64,000 nt of DNA. It comes from Octopus sinensis. Lineage: Eukaryota. This document shows positions 1-14,715 of the stretch, piece by piece (within the stretch, counting starts at the first letter, position 1; every line of letters starts with the position of its first letter). The position numbers and the translations under genes are program-made. The notes below the pieces were generated by a model that made no database searches, was not told the origin of the DNA, and was given only the letters and a program-made list of their open reading frames with translations. Where the stretch lies: assembly GCF_006345805.1 (NCBI RefSeq), contig NC_043002.1, positions 101,804,001 through 101,868,000 of the forward strand, in the 5' to 3' direction.

Positions 1-1232
1 CTTGAACGCACTACCGTCGTCTTGTTTTGTTCGGAGTTTTGATGGCCAGCTCTTTAAGCTTTATGCTGATCAGGATCTTTTGATTTTGTAGGCTCATTCT
101 TTTCTTTTGTTGTAGGCCCTAACGCCATTAAGGGCACACGCTATGCTTAAGATAAAACCGTTTTAAAATGTCGTTTCTTCGCTGGTTCATAATCACGGAA
201 CTGTATAAACAGTGCTTTTTTTTTCGTATTGGTATGTTATAATGCGTTCTATATTTCCTTGTCTGCCAGGCTAGCCTTGCGATTAATACATTTTTAGTCT
301 CTAAAATGACTTCGTTTTCGTTCCTTATTTTCTTATGTGAATGAGAATGCATCTGGTGCGCACGTTTATTATCCAGAATTGTTTAGTTGAGAAATGAAAA
401 GAGTAGGAGTTGACTGCATTGGTGAAATTAATACTCTCAGCATCGTTGGTTGCAGGCATAAAAATCTAGTACGTTGTGTTGTTGATGGGGGTGGTGGTAG
501 TGGTGATAGTAGAAACAGGGATGATGCTGGTGGTGGTGCTGATGTTTGTAGCCATTACTATTTCCCCTCTCCGCTCAGACTTGACGTTGACGCTTTCGTT
601 GCTGTTCATATACAATTGATTTCATGTTAACACCGTTATAGAGCCATGATATTTTTCACAACTACTCAACACTAGATTCTCAGTTCCTTATAACTAAACA
701 ACGGTATATATATTGAGGACGATTACCTAATTAATAGATTTTATCATTCATTTAATACACACACACACGCATACGCATACATAATTGTATGTATGTGCGC
801 AAGTATGCGGGAACGTACAGACGTACAGAGGCAACAGAAACAATACAGAAAACATATGTAAAATGTTTAAATACACTCAGTATACAAATTTACGGTTGTA
901 TAAATATATGCATAGAAGAATGACATAGAATCATGATGTCTTTCACTAAAACATGATATATGACCCCTTGGTATCCCAATCCCTCCCTTCAAAAGCTTCA
1001 ACAAAATGTAATGTTGTTGAAGTGAATATCGAACGAAAATTGAATTTGTTTCCCGGTCTGAATTCCAGAGAGATGTAGCAATTTATTTCGCCCTAAACAC
1101 CTAAGGGTCTTCACAAAACTGTGAACATCCCGTAGTCACATATGCTCAATATTATTACTGGGCAAAGAGAGGGCCTGTTTGTAGGAAGGTGACTTTCTAG
1201 AAATAACGGTAATCTCATTCAAATGATATTTA

Positions 1233-1617
1233 TCTCTCTATATATAAACGGCAGTTTGTCTGTGTGTGTTTCTGTGTGTCTGTTAGGTTGTACCCTCACC
1301 CTGACCACGACTTTCAACCGATTCTGATGAAACTTAACACACACATAGCCCAATGTCATAATTCAAAACTAACGCAGAGAAAATTTTGAAAAGTTACCCC
1401 AGTTCTGAAAAAAATCGATAAATTCGACATGGGGTCGAGAATCAGAAACACAAACCACAGACTGTCTAGGGGACGCAACTCGACCGTTTTAACTCTCAAA
1501 AAAAATTTACCATAATTTTTTTCCCATTTTGTTTGCTATTTTTTGGCTATAACTCTCTAAAAATGCTTTATAGTTATTTCCCTTACAAACCCGAGCAACG
1601 CCGGGCGATACTGCTAG
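1233..1617 (+). mobile_element. Non-autonomous Helitron-type element
   Basis: Starts TC(TCTCTATATATAAA) after A1232. Has a subterminal hairpin CCCGAGCAACGCCGGG (1590-1605) and ends CTAG (1614-1617) before T1618. This is the canonical A|TC...CTRR|T structure with no TSD. Confidence 0.85.
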
Positions 1618-3519
1618 TCCATCATAAAAATGCAAATTAAATAATGTACAGCTGGAAAACACTGTCTATCATTAAATGTCCAACTCTCGTAAACGCGAAT
1701 AAATTTGGTTGAGAAAATGAACAGGAGATAATAGAGTCCTAGATATGCTATGATTCAGTAAGGAAAGACATGATTTTTCTGTGTTCTGGGCTTATTTCAT
1801 TGTAAGAGCTGCAGGGTCAGAGTTACACTGGAAAAATAACACGGATACATACAATGTGTAATGTAGTCTTAGATATATTTGGCATAACAAGTATATCTAA
1901 GCGGAATCACGGTAGGAATCTCTGCTGGATTAGGACTGATATAGAAAGAAACAACGACAGCAAATTAGAAGAGATTAAATACGTAATTCTTGTTATATTA
2001 TACATCTATCTTCGTTTATCACGGGTGTTTGGTTCTAATAAAACACCGTGTTAATTAAATTACGGATAAATGAATAACAGAACATATTGGGAAATTAGGT
2101 TGTTTCTGGAGAACTTATGTTGTCCAGAGCATTAAGGTTTTCGCTGATGGAGAGAAGCCCTTTTGAGACTCAAGCAGAATCTTTGAATGATCGCTGACCC
2201 GTTTAATCACAGATCAGTTCATGATGATAGAAACATGGTTCACAAGTAGCATACCGTGTTATCTTGGGTCAGTGATGAATGAATCAAAAGTAACAGAGGA
2301 GGGAATAGGTAGCTGAATATATCTGAGAAGGATCCTGGATGATAACATTTCATCTTATCTTCGACTGAACGGATTTGAGACGACAAACAATTATCATAGT
2401 ATGATATTGTAGAAAGATTAAACATAGGCGGAAGGGTCACTATTGGAATACAGTCGAGCATAGTACTATTTGATCGAGACTGACCTAGGGTAAACAAAAA
2501 GTATAACTACATGCTCATATGTGTGACTATCTCTCCGACTGCAAAACATAACAGCCAAATGACATCTTGTAGAAAACGTTGCATTCCACATGTAATCCTA
2601 GAAAATGTAATGACTTTGTAACATACATGCTGGTCACGGATGGAAAGGCTTTGATAATAGTGACTACTTGGGTATAAGCAACAAAGACATTGTACCGTGT
2701 GACCTATTACGATTTAAAAATGGATTAGGGAGTGATTAGAATTGATATTTCAGCTTTCATTCATAACCATTTACAAGAAAATTAACTCGCTGACTTAGGT
2801 TTCTAATAACTTTTAGCTTGTCTTTTGTTTATTTTGTTTCACTGTTTGTCATTCATTTCATTTGTCTGTTTTGTATAGTTAACATCTACAAAGATCTGAT
2901 TCCAATCAAAGCAAAGCTATCTGAAGGAGTGGCGGATATGAAACTTCAGAAATTATAATATTAAAACGATTACACATGATGTCTGGCCTATTTCTAAAAT
3001 AGAAGCCGGCGCTTCCAAACGAGAAATCAAATCAATTGCTTTAATTTTCTCGAACAAAAAAGAGAAATACAAAAAAGAGGAATATTGATGGCAGCAGCAG
3101 CAGTAGTAGTAGTAGTAGTAATAGTAACGTGGTGGTGGAAAAGTGGTAATATTGACAACGGTTGATGTGTTGGTGAAATATTTTGAAGTCGTGAATTGAA
3201 TCTGTGATGATTCAGTTGAAAATCCGTTCCATCCATCCATCCAGAATGACTTCTGAGACCCACTTGATCCCTGCTATTTCTAGCACACTAAATGACCACA
3301 TAATAGATGGTCTACTGTTGAGCTGGCTCAAGAAACAGATTAAGAATGCTATGGAATAATGAAAGAAATAAGGATTCAATGCTTAGTGTTGGGATTGTAG
3401 GTCAACAACAACAACATCATCATCACCACCATCATCATCATCCAGCCCTGGATATTTCTATCTGGAAGCCTAGGACTCAATGGACCATAACACCTCTCCT
3501 GACTAAGACACCAGACCAT

Positions 3520-3660
3520 CGCAGATTTTCTCATTTAATTCTGTGCGGAATAGAGCAACGTGAAATGAAGTGTTGTGCTCAAGAACATACTGCAGCTTCC
3601 TCTATGTTAGTTCTTGCGATCATGACCGCAGCATCCTAACCGCTTGGCCACGCGCCTTCA
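3520..3660 (-). mobile_element. Partial tRNA-derived SINE (family B head)
   Basis: The reverse complement resembles the head of 23830-24146 (GGCGCGTGGC..GCGGTTAGG..; TTGAGCA.AACACTT.ATTTCACGTTGCTC). Confidence 0.6.
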
Positions 3661-3948
3661 CTGGTATTCTACTTAGATTTCTATAAAGATTTCTCTCAGA
3701 CTTTTCGAGAAAGGTTGGAATAATCATCACGATTATTATTTTTAAGCATAATTCTAATCAACATCATCAAAACTTATGAGGAAACAAAGTAGACCAACGT
3801 TCGATACCGTCCCTCCGCTCAGGTTCTTATATTCAATTCTGGCATAATCTCAATCCATACCATCTGAAAGGCATTTGTTGAAACATTAAATAAAAAAAGA
3901 ATGAAGATTTATGACGAAACAAAGTCAGTCAGTGTTAGAAGTGTTCTA

Positions 3949-4362
3949 GGAACTTTTCGGTTTGAACGGCAGTTTTTAACATAATTTCTAGGTAACTAAA
4001 AAAATTTAAACTTCGTATACTGGTAGAATGTTTTTTATAAAACATCTTTTTCTCTTGGCTTAATTGAGAAAATTCTATAGTTTGTAAGATCTGTGTTGTT
4101 TTTTTCTGCAATTTCAACCAATCAAATACGTCTATCGAGGTAAAAAAAAAAAACATTCTGTGCTGTATGAATATGACCCTCGTTTAAGAAACAGATTGGG
4201 ATTATTTACATTTGTGAAGAAAAAAGATACCCTTCCCCCCACCGCTAACCCTAACCCTAAAACAGATTGAAATGCAATAGATCGATACTAGCGTCATAAT
4301 TATGGGTGACAATTTCATATGACACTGCTAGAAAAAAACAGCCGTTCAGACGGAAAAGATCC
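3949..4362. mobile_element. MITE with 29-bp TIRs and 8-bp TSD (Merlin-like)
   Basis: Left end GGAACTTTTCGGTTTGAACGGCAGTTTTT matches the reverse complement of the right end, GGATCTTTTCCGTCTGAACGGCTGTTTTT (4 mismatches). Flanks GTGTTCTA (3941-48) and GAGTTCTA (4363-70) match 7/8. GG termini plus an 8-bp TSD fit Merlin; hAT is not excluded. Confidence 0.75.
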
Positions 4363-5051
4363 GAGTTCTATAGTTATATTGAAGTATAGACACTAAGATA
4401 ACCAAGTGGCAGTTAATAGAAATCAGTCTTATGGTTCAATCGTGGAGTTGAAATATAAAAAGACGGAAAAGACTCACATTTTGATATCAACAATATCAAG
4501 ATTAGCATTTATATATATTTTCTGGACAGTGCAGACTTGCCTAACTGCTTTGTTTTGGCAAAAGTTATAAATTCCAAACTGATTAATAAGAAGCTAGCTT
4601 TGTTATAGTTTAAATGTAATCTCGTTTCTGAAATTTAGATATCCGTTCGAGTCCTTCGATTTTTGGAGAATATTTTCTGTCTGTTTTGGAAAGACTACAC
4701 TCATGTATGCTTACATGTAAGCTGGAAGTTTCTCAGTCATTCCATTCAATGCAGCAGACGATGTTCCCAACCTACATTTGTCAAACGCGTTTGGCTTATC
4801 TTGCAATCGGTTTTGTCAGCGTAGCGTATGAATGACTCATGGTTGCTAAGTAATTTTAGGGTAGGACGAATCCATTCGCAAAAATAATTCAACCACAACA
4901 CACAAAGCTCGTCTACAGACACGCGTATATAAATTTGTTTCAATACGTAAACATGAGTACAAGATACACACACTCACTCACACCTCCACTCACATACACA
5001 CATATATAAACACACACATTCATACATATCTTCATACATACATACGTACAT

Positions 5052-5121
<70 letters not shown>

Positions 5122-5689
5122 GCATTTATTTCGGAGATGCACTTTTATTGCATGAGGTTTGATCTGAGAGCTTTTATTGAAACAAAAACAATTAACACAC
5201 AAATATTAATCATTCAAAACAAAGGCAGCTTTCTTCGCCAAAACATTTGCCGAGAAAGATTTCGTCGCACCGATTGCGACCTGGTCCCTGACATGGTTTT
5301 ACTGCATACATATAAACACACACAGCTATATACATCTAGGCTCATACTTAAGAGAAGAAAGTAGAAATTGAATAACAGGTAGCTTGCGCACGCAATGTCA
5401 AGTAAAACTTTAAGAAAAAGCATTAAATTATCGTTAGCTGGTTTTTGTGTCTCTGTGATTACGGAGATCGTATCAGTGAAGCGGGATACACGGAAAGTGA
5501 GTAAAACGCCATTGGGATTAAAGTCTCAACAGTACCACCGTGTCACATGTTGTATTCTTGCTTCAGTGACTTTCTTTGAGAATGGTATTAAAATTATGAC
5601 TACGCAATATTCGCTTATGTACAAGAAGAGGTACTTCGGTTGAATGAATGACAGAAATTTCAATGTCGAGCGACGAATATCCAGCAAAT

Positions 5690-5893
<204 letters not shown>

Positions 5894-6383
5894 TCTATCT
5901 GTCAGTCAGACTGTCTCTCTCTCTGATATCAATCGCTCCCTTTCTCTGTTTACACATACACAATAAGAAACACACGCATACACATAGAAACACTCACGCA
6001 CGCACACACATATACAGACATATTTTTGTGCATTAGTGTGTGTGTTTCTCTGTGTGTATTCGTAAGTATATTTAAATGAACGAATACAGAGCAGATAATT
6101 GCAGACAATTACATTATTTTTGAATATGTATATTAATATGCGTTTGTGTGTGTATGTGTTTGTGTGCAAACACACGTGGACACACATAGTCGCGCGCGCA
6201 CACATGCACACACACACACGCACACACATTTACTCACACGCATACATACATTTATACCCTTTCACACACTTTAATCTGCTTAAAGAAAGCCGCTCCTTCT
6301 CCCAAGCACGCAGAAACGTGCCTACGCGTACAGTCACTGACACAAATGCTCACAAGCACCGTGATATACACACTGGCACATTG

Positions 6384-6428
<45 letters not shown>

Positions 6429-6588
6429 CATACATACATACATATCTATAATCCTACACTCGTTGTCAATGACTAATGGTTAATAAGCGTGAATCATAAA
6501 TTAGGCCAACCCAAAACACGCATGTACAATTCCGGCCTGAATTGGTCAGCAATAATTATTCTGTTAATCAAAAGCAAGATCCTTGTTC

Positions 6589-6620
<32 letters not shown>

Positions 6621-8409
6621 TGTGTGTGTGTCTGAGAGAGAGAGAGAGAGAGAGAGAGTACATGCATTTGTGTCTATACTCTTCGAGCTGTTTGCGTGAA
6701 CGTGTCTGTGTGTGTCTGTGCATGCGAATGCACGCTTGTGCTTGTATGTTCACGGCTGTTTCTGTCTATAAGAGTGCACGTTTGCCTGTATATGCATGTG
6801 GGTATATGTGTGCATATATGTAGCTGGACGAGTCTATGGATGCGAATTTGCGTCTGTGTCTGTGTGGACGTGTCTGATTTTTCCATGTATGTTCGAACGT
6901 GTACGTGCAAACATGTGTGTGTGTGTGTGTGTGTCTATACACTTTCAGTTGTTTTTCTTTTTGTTTGTTTGTTTGTATATACTTGTGCGAGTATGCGGAA
7001 GCATGTTTGTGCTTGTAAGACTGTATGCTCACCGTTGTTTCGGCCTATAAGTGTGAGCATGCGCGTCTGTGTGTGCGTGTCTGTGTGTGCATATCTGTGC
7101 TTAAGCACATGTTTGCTGTTGTATGTGTGTGTGTGTGTGTATGTGAATGTACATACACTCATGTAAATGTATGCGAGTGTGTTAGTCTGTCTGTGAGTGT
7201 GAGGATGTATGTATGAGCGTCGATGTAATTTAAGTGAGTTTCGTTTTGTGTACGCATGGATATCAATATGCATGCTGGTATACGCTAAAAAAACTTTGCA
7301 TGAATCACAGCTATTCAATATCTATCGGATGTAGTTGTTGCTGTTGTTGTCGTTTTTGTCGACGGTTTGGAAATCGGAATTGTTGTCCTGATATTGTCGT
7401 TGCTCCTCTCTTCCTCTTCTTTTTTTTTTCCTCATCATTGTTTTCATGTCGTCGTTCTTATTGTTGTTGTTTTGTAGTAATGTTTGTTTGTTTTTTTTTC
7501 TTTGGTTGCTGCTTACTTTGCGCTTCTAATTGTGGCTGTTGATGTTGTTGTTGATGATGATGATGATGATGATGATGATGTCGACAATTTTAGTGATTAA
7601 TGTTGATGCTGGCGATGGTGTTGCTGTTGTTCAAATTGTGGGGTCTGAGAAATAGTCACGTATGATATTCCTATGATTTTCTAAATGCCAATTTGCTTCC
7701 TTCGCAACAACGATAAAAACCACGGCCTTGTTGCTGTTGTTGTTGTTGTTATTGATGTTGCTTTTGCTGTTGTCTATGCCTCTATCTTTAATAAAAGACG
7801 TTCCAGATCTGTGCGCTGTATTTACGGGGCTGTGATGCAGACATCTCCATTAATTTACACGGCCATTGATGGAGCGCTGTTGAAGTGGGCTACATCGTAA
7901 TGGTGACCGCTTATAGCTAATTCTTCATGTTTATTTTTTTTATTTTTAATTACCATCGTTTGGATCTGTGCATGCTACACATTTACTGTTGAAGTGTTTA
8001 TTATCCTTTACATTGTGATATTTTTTGCTCCACCCTGTATTTGTTGATGGTCCTGTGTATCGCAGTTGGCGAACTAGTAGGGGGGTCGGACAGAAAGTAT
8101 TCCTTTATTGTTACCAGTTCTGAATTGGAATCAGTTCAAACCAACCAAAATTGCTTTTCGTCCTTCTGGGATCGATAAATAATATATTATCAGTCCAGAA
8201 CTGAAATCCATTCTTCCATCGTTCTCTTCCTTACTTTCAGTTGTTCTCTCCAGATCAAATCAGATGCGATCGAACCCTGTGACCAGCAGGCTGAGCTCTC
8301 AGTTTAAGATGCTCCAAATGCACAATACAGTATGACGGCGGCCCCTGTTATTTTATAAAGACCCCCCGCTAACACATTTTGTTCCTTGAACGAAAATGTT
8401 TAATGCTTT

Positions 8410-8441
<32 letters not shown>

Positions 8442-8910
8442 AGAGGGGTGTTGCTATCATTTAAGGGCGGTTTGGCTTCTTTCTTTAGCAGCCTTGCAAT
8501 TGTTGCTGTCATTGTCTTATGGTGTCGTCTGTTTAGCGTCTGGTCAGTTTGACTCTGTAGATTTACGATTAAATGAGTTGTCCCGTGACCATCTCGTCTT
8601 TTAATCACATGTTCATGACTGCATTATTTAACAGGCATTGTTTTTTTTCATAATTGTATAGGTAAATGGAGTAGATTAGGTTGCTATTTCTAGCAAATTA
8701 AACGAACACGAAGATGTTCTGGATAATAATAACTATTTGTGACTATAGTTCTTGTTGTTCTTTATACACAGGGCAATCTTCGTCCAGAAAACCAATGATG
8801 AAAGCCATTCATACTGAAGTTTTTCTGCCATTAATTCTGTCAGAAAATACAAAATGACAATATGTCCGTCACTTGTTAAAATAACAGGGCGCAATTTGAT
8901 GAACATTTGG

Positions 8911-9243
8911 CTGTGGCGCGCCAACAACTGGATTCTTCATCGAGCTTTTCTCGCTCGTGAGTTTCTCGCCCAAAACAACATGATATCATTTCTGTACCCG
9001 CTCTAATCACCAGATTTAGCACAGGTGGACTACCATCACCTCCCCAAAATGTAATTGCAGCTCAAACGTCGCCGTTTTTACATCGTTGTCAAGATCCAGA
9101 GCGAATTACAGAAGGTCCTCGATTCGCTTTAGGAAAAGGACTTCCAGGCCTGATTGCAAAAGTGGCAGGAAATCTGGGACCTTTGTAGTGCTGCACAAGG
9201 TGACTATTAACAAATCCGGGAACCTTTTGATAGCAGCTCTTAT
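8911..9243 (+). pseudogene. Decayed mariner transposase C-terminus plus probable right TIR
   Basis: Manual translation gives LWRANNWILH..REFLAQNNMI..*SPDLAQVDY..LK.RRF..IQSELQKVLD..QKWQEIWDLCSAAQGDY, matching the mariner YSPDLAPxD and C-terminal W..C...GDY motifs. It is followed by CCGGGAACCTTTTGATAGCAGCTCTTA, a mariner-TIR-like end. Confidence 0.8.
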
Positions 9244-9494
9244 ACTGTGATATGATATAACAATAGCATGATATGATATGGTGTAGAATATTAATACTAC
9301 ATTTTGCCGTAGCGTCTGTAAGCAATACTATATTGTACTCTTGTATTCTATAGTATGGTATTGTGTGCATTTTTGGTAGTATAGTATCGGCGTGTAATAC
9401 ATTTTCAAGGGCAGGCATGGCAGTGGGATGACGTTTACTCCAATTTACATTGTTTTGTTTCATAAATGGTAGGGTTTCGTTTCATGTGTCATCA

Positions 9495-9845
9495 ACCTGC
9501 GGCCATGCTGCAGCGTCGTCTTGAAGAATTTTTTCTGGAATGAATTAACTCCAGTAGTTTTTCAGGCTTGGTAGTAATTATATCGGTCACTATTGCCAAC
9601 CGCTAAGTTACGGCATATAAACATACCAATACCAGTTGTTAAGCGGGGAGCGAGCATACACTGACACGAAGACACACGCACAAATATACGACGACTTCTT
9701 TTAGTTTCTCTCCGCCAAATCTACTGATAAACCGTTGGTTGGCCCGAAGCTATTGTAGAAAACACTTGATCAGGGTGCTACACAGAGGGAATGAACCCGG
9801 ACCCAATAGCTGAGAAACAAACTTGTTACTACACAGCCGCTCCTT
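9495..9845 (-). mobile_element. Diverged tRNA-SINE family A copy
   Basis: Co-linear with 51395-51810 (TGCGGCCATGCTG; CCGCTAAGTTACGG; GGCCCGAAGCTAT; GAACCCGG; CACAGCC). Confidence 0.75.
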
Positions 9846-10950
9846 TTCATATTTATTTATATTATTGCTGAACAAAATTTTAGTCTTTAATGATGAAGAA
9901 AGTTCTAGTGTTGTAGTATAAAATTATTAAATAGTGTTATGAAATTCAAATTATGCATTATATTCTAATGATTATCAGAGGGAGGTATGTGTTGTCAAAG
10001 AAGGACAACGTCTGTAGTAAAAGTCATGAACCATTCCATGATATATGACCTTGTTTGGCATAGGATTCCCTTGGGGATTACCGTAACAACTTTGGAATTC
10101 AAACAGGTTAGCAACAGTGTGATGCTATGAAAGAAAAAGAAAAGTGTCATAACGATTGTCTTTAGCTTGAATTGTTGGGCAGGAGGGTAAGTTAGAACCT
10201 ACAGTGATTGTATGCTCTGCAAATACGAACTGATATTAATGCGGTTGACATCAAAAAGGGCTATATTCAGGAAGATTGAGAACAACGTTTGGAGACATAT
10301 TTCGTTGCCGATTGAATGCTAAGAAACACTGAAAGAGGAAATGCGATATTTCAGTTGCTGTAGAGGAGGAGCGGTGGTGGAGGGACAAGTCCAAACGGTC
10401 CCCAATATCCGGTGTGTTACGTTGTAAACCGCTGAGATACAGTTTAAGAGATATTTAGCAGCTGTTTCTAGCGGGTGAAACTGCTACAGAGAGCTGCGAT
10501 TCGCAAATATTTTAAACTATCAACCGTTATTCTTACTCACACTTTTTGAACGTCCCTTGATGTGATTCAATAAACTTCGATTTTCTAGATGTACCGGCGC
10601 ATATAGTCGTATGCATAGGTCAGTGTGATCCCTAAACCTACATGTATAGGAGCCGTCTTTATTGTATGAATGCAAATACGAGCAAATTTTGACACTACTT
10701 TTGAATTAATATTTTATTTATTGCTTATACTGGATCGGTAGAAAATCCGTTGCTTTAATTCTACTTGGCACTTCCCGAAGCAAACTTTATCAACAATAAG
10801 CAAAAGCTGTAGAGAATGAATAGAGCTACAAATGGTTTCGAAACACTACGAGAAATGCCTTTTCCATCTTCATTTAAATAAGATTGGATTTGATTAAAGT
10901 ATATAAATGAATAAATTAATATTCCGAGTTCGATTACAGGCACTGACCTA

Positions 10951-11011
<61 letters not shown>

Positions 11012-11061
11012 GCATCCAAAAATACCTTAGGGATGAGAACCCAGGTTCGAAATTTCCGTTA

Positions 11062-11107
11062 GACACCTGCTGAAGGCTGGAGGGTATATCAGCCGAAACG
11101 TTGTGTT
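11062..11107 (+). ncRNA. Minimal type I hammerhead ribozyme, degenerate core
   Basis: Stem I ACAC/GTGT; core CTGCTGA (one change from CUGAUGA); stem II GGCTG/CAGCC; GAAAC-GTT with palindromic AACGTT stem III. Lies in a repeat abutting an (AAT)n tract. Confidence 0.65.
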
Positions 11108-11214
11108 AACTACAAACAAGATGAGGACAAATATTCTTCAAATTTAAATAATGTAAATAATTCCTCATCTCTTAAATATACAACAATAAATTAATGAATA
11201 TATAAATTAATACG

Positions 11215-11585
11215 AAGATGAGGCTTTGTGGTAAAGGGTTTTCTTCCCAAACGCATAGTTCTGGGTTCAATTTCACTGTGAGGCACGTTGGGAAAATGTC
11301 TTCTACCATAGCCTTCTTAGTGGATTTGGTAGACGGAAACTGAATGCAGCCCGTCGTACATGTGTGTGTGTGTGTGTGTGTCTGTATTTGCTGAGCTCCC
11401 TCAACATTTGGCCACCGGTGTTGGTGCGTTTATATCCCCATAAACTAGCGGTTCGGCATCAGAGATCGATAGAATAAATACATGACTTTAAAAAATGCTA
11501 AGTATTGTTGTCGATTCGTTCGACTTACAATTTATCAAGACACTGCCCCTTGAATGGCCGCAGTTAAAGGACAGAAGTAAGCAGA
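11215..11585 (+). mobile_element. Diverged tRNA-SINE family A copy
   Basis: Co-linear with 19408-19825 (GTGGTAA..GGGTTCA; GTGGATTTGGTAGACGGAAACTGAA; AGCGGTTCGGCA; ATGGCCGCAG). Confidence 0.75.
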
Positions 11586-13204
11586 ACATTAAAGCTAAAC
11601 ACATAGCGAACGAATATATGCATGGATGATGTTCTGTTTTGTTCATTTACTCAAAGTAAAGTCTGTTATTATTGACAATATCGTTATTCTCGTTGTTGCT
11701 ATGATTGTGGGTAGCAAATAGTTTACCATAATAAATTACATTCAACAGTTTAGAAGTTCCTATTTAAATGAGTTCCGAAAACAAAGTAAGGCATCTATGA
11801 CTTCTATCGCTCTTCTTGCCACCAACATTGATATAACATGTCCCTAAACCTAACCCTTTGGGAACAGCTGCGACCACTTTCAAAAACTACATAAATGTTC
11901 TGTCGTTGGCTGTTAGAGCGAGCCATTGATTGTTGTTATTTAGCCACAGGCCACCAATACAGTAATGACCATTCCATCTTCCAGTGTGCAAGGAACCTAG
12001 ATAAACATGATCCAACATGTTCTATCTAAGACAATAATATTATATAAGCGATATTTGGATGCTACTTTTAGCATGTCGAGTGCCAACTTAGAGACTGGTC
12101 GATAACTTGCAGTTTATTGGGTGTTATTTAACCCAAGGTGAGCACTCACCTAATACTTCTTTTTTTGAAAGGCATCCCAGTCGTGACAATTACGATTTTT
12201 TCTGTATGTAGTGAACTCACCATTCTATTATCCAATCAGTCCTTCATTAAAAATAGCAGGTTTTGGAATGAAAGAGATTCATTCCTCTGCTGGGTCATGT
12301 TTCAGTGGTTGTTAGGAGTCACGAATTGTTTCCGATTGGATGCAGTCTAGGATATTGTGTGTGTGTGTGAGTGAGTGAGTGTGTGTGTGTGTGTGTGTGA
12401 GTGAGTGTGTGTGAATATGTGCATACGTGCATCTGTATGTAAAGTAGTAACATCGTCATAATTGGCACATCTAGTCTGGATATCTTATCCGAAACATCAC
12501 CTATAGGTCAACCATGTTTAACACACAGACAAAAGGGGTGGGGTCTTGATATTGTTACTCAATCTGCTAGAAATAACACCCTGCATGCATTAAATAATGG
12601 AAGGACATATTTGTTAATGTTGCCTTGGGTACAACACTATGTAAAAACACAAACCAAAATATTAAATAAAGGATGGTGAAGGGTGAAACACATTTGAACA
12701 TAGTTCATCTTGGAAACTGCTGACTGTGTCTTTACTACAATAATAACAGGTTATTTATCCCACATATCACCCTGACATCAAGATGTAATTCAAAATCAAT
12801 AAAGTCCACACTGTTAGCGTATTTGTGCATGTTTGCATTTAGCTAAGTTGCATTTCTTGGCAGTCTGTCCTCCAGTTGCTGCCTCTGAAAACAAAATTAT
12901 TTCCGGGTGCTGAGGCTTGTGTCGTCAGAGCCGTGAGGGCTTCTAAACTACTTCATATACACCAGACGCTTTGAGGGGACGTACATACATACATCTTCGT
13001 GTATATCACCACACACACATACATAGAAACTTACACACAGCATATATGTGTGGGATTGTGTGTATTATGTGTATTTGTAAGTGTGTATACAAGCATATAT
13101 ATGTGTGTATATATTCATGTATATATATACATGTATATACATGTATATATATATACATATATATGCATCTCTCTATCAATCTATCCCTCTGTCGATCTAT
13201 CTAA

Positions 13205-13306
13205 ATAATATATATATGTATATATAATATACATGTATATATATATAAGTATATATATATATATTATATATATATTATATATATATATATATAAGTATAT
13301 ATATAT

Positions 13307-13340
<34 letters not shown>

Positions 13341-13384
13341 AGTATATATATATTATATATATATATACATATACATGTATATAT

Positions 13385-13447
<63 letters not shown>

Positions 13448-13452
13448 CATGT

Positions 13453-13486
<34 letters not shown>

Positions 13487-13640
13487 ATATATATATATAA
13501 TATAAATGTATATATATATATATATTCATACACTCATATATACATATATATATCTATATACATATATACATTCACATACACGCATATATACATATGTGTA
13601 TACATCTATATCTATCTATCATCTATATATATATATATAT
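13205..13640. repeat. Long imperfect (TA)n tract
   Basis: Directly visible. Confidence 0.95.
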
Positions 13641-14677
13641 GTATGTATATGTATATTTATGCATGTATGTGTGTGTGTGTGTGGATATGGAGGGGTGGGT
13701 GTTCATGTGATGGTGCGTGTTGGAGAGTAATACCGTTTAAAATACAGGAACCGGCTGATCAATAAACCGGAACAATTTGCCATTGAGCCATCAGCAAATG
13801 TCTAAAAATAAATACGTAAAAACACCAAGAATTTTGGGAGCATTTCACTTTACGCTTCGCCGAAGTCGATTATTATTATCATTATTGTTCTTCTTTTTAT
13901 TTTCTTACTCTCCTTCTCCTTCGTCTTCATCACCTTGTTGTTGTTCTTGTTGTTGTTGTTCTTGTTGTTGTTGTTGTTGTTGTAGCTATGCTGAACATTG
14001 TTATTGTGTTCTTCTCCTACCCACTCTCCCTACACCCACCATTGACAATCTCTCCACCCGCCACAACCGAGACCTCTACATCACATCACATCACATCACC
14101 TACCTCCTCCCGCTTCCCCGCTCGTTTCTCCTCCTTCTCATCGCTGGTTTTTGCTTAACATTTGAAGAGATGTCAGTCACGCGTGGAACATTATATGATA
14201 AATCCAATCGACGCACACACACACACGCACTCCTCCTCCTTTCTCCCCCCTTCCTTTCACTTTCTGTCTCTCTCTCTCTCTCTCGCCCTTTTTATCTCTA
14301 TCACACGCGCACACACACACTCCTTCCGAAGCCACCCTCACTCCTCCCACTACACCCTCGCTACAGCTACGGTAAGTAAAAATAATGAAGACTCAAGTCC
14401 CGCTCTTTTTTTTTTACTTGATCGATTTATCATATTTTGTTTCGTAAGTCAAAGAACGTGAAGAGAAAACTTAGACTTACATTATGAGGCACTCTCTCAC
14501 TCTCTCTCTCTCTCTTTCTCTCTGTCTCTCCATCCTTCTCTCTCTCTCTCTCTCCCTGTATGTATGTATATATATATATATATAATGTGTGTGTAACAGT
14601 GTGAGTGCATAATATATATATATACATATGTATATATATGTGCATACAATGAATACAATCACACGTATATATATATA

Positions 14678-14715
<38 letters not shown>

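Noticed and set aside
12891-12935. Minus-strand CTGACGA...GAAA hammerhead candidate
   Set aside because: No pairing for stem II or stem I; likely a chance match.
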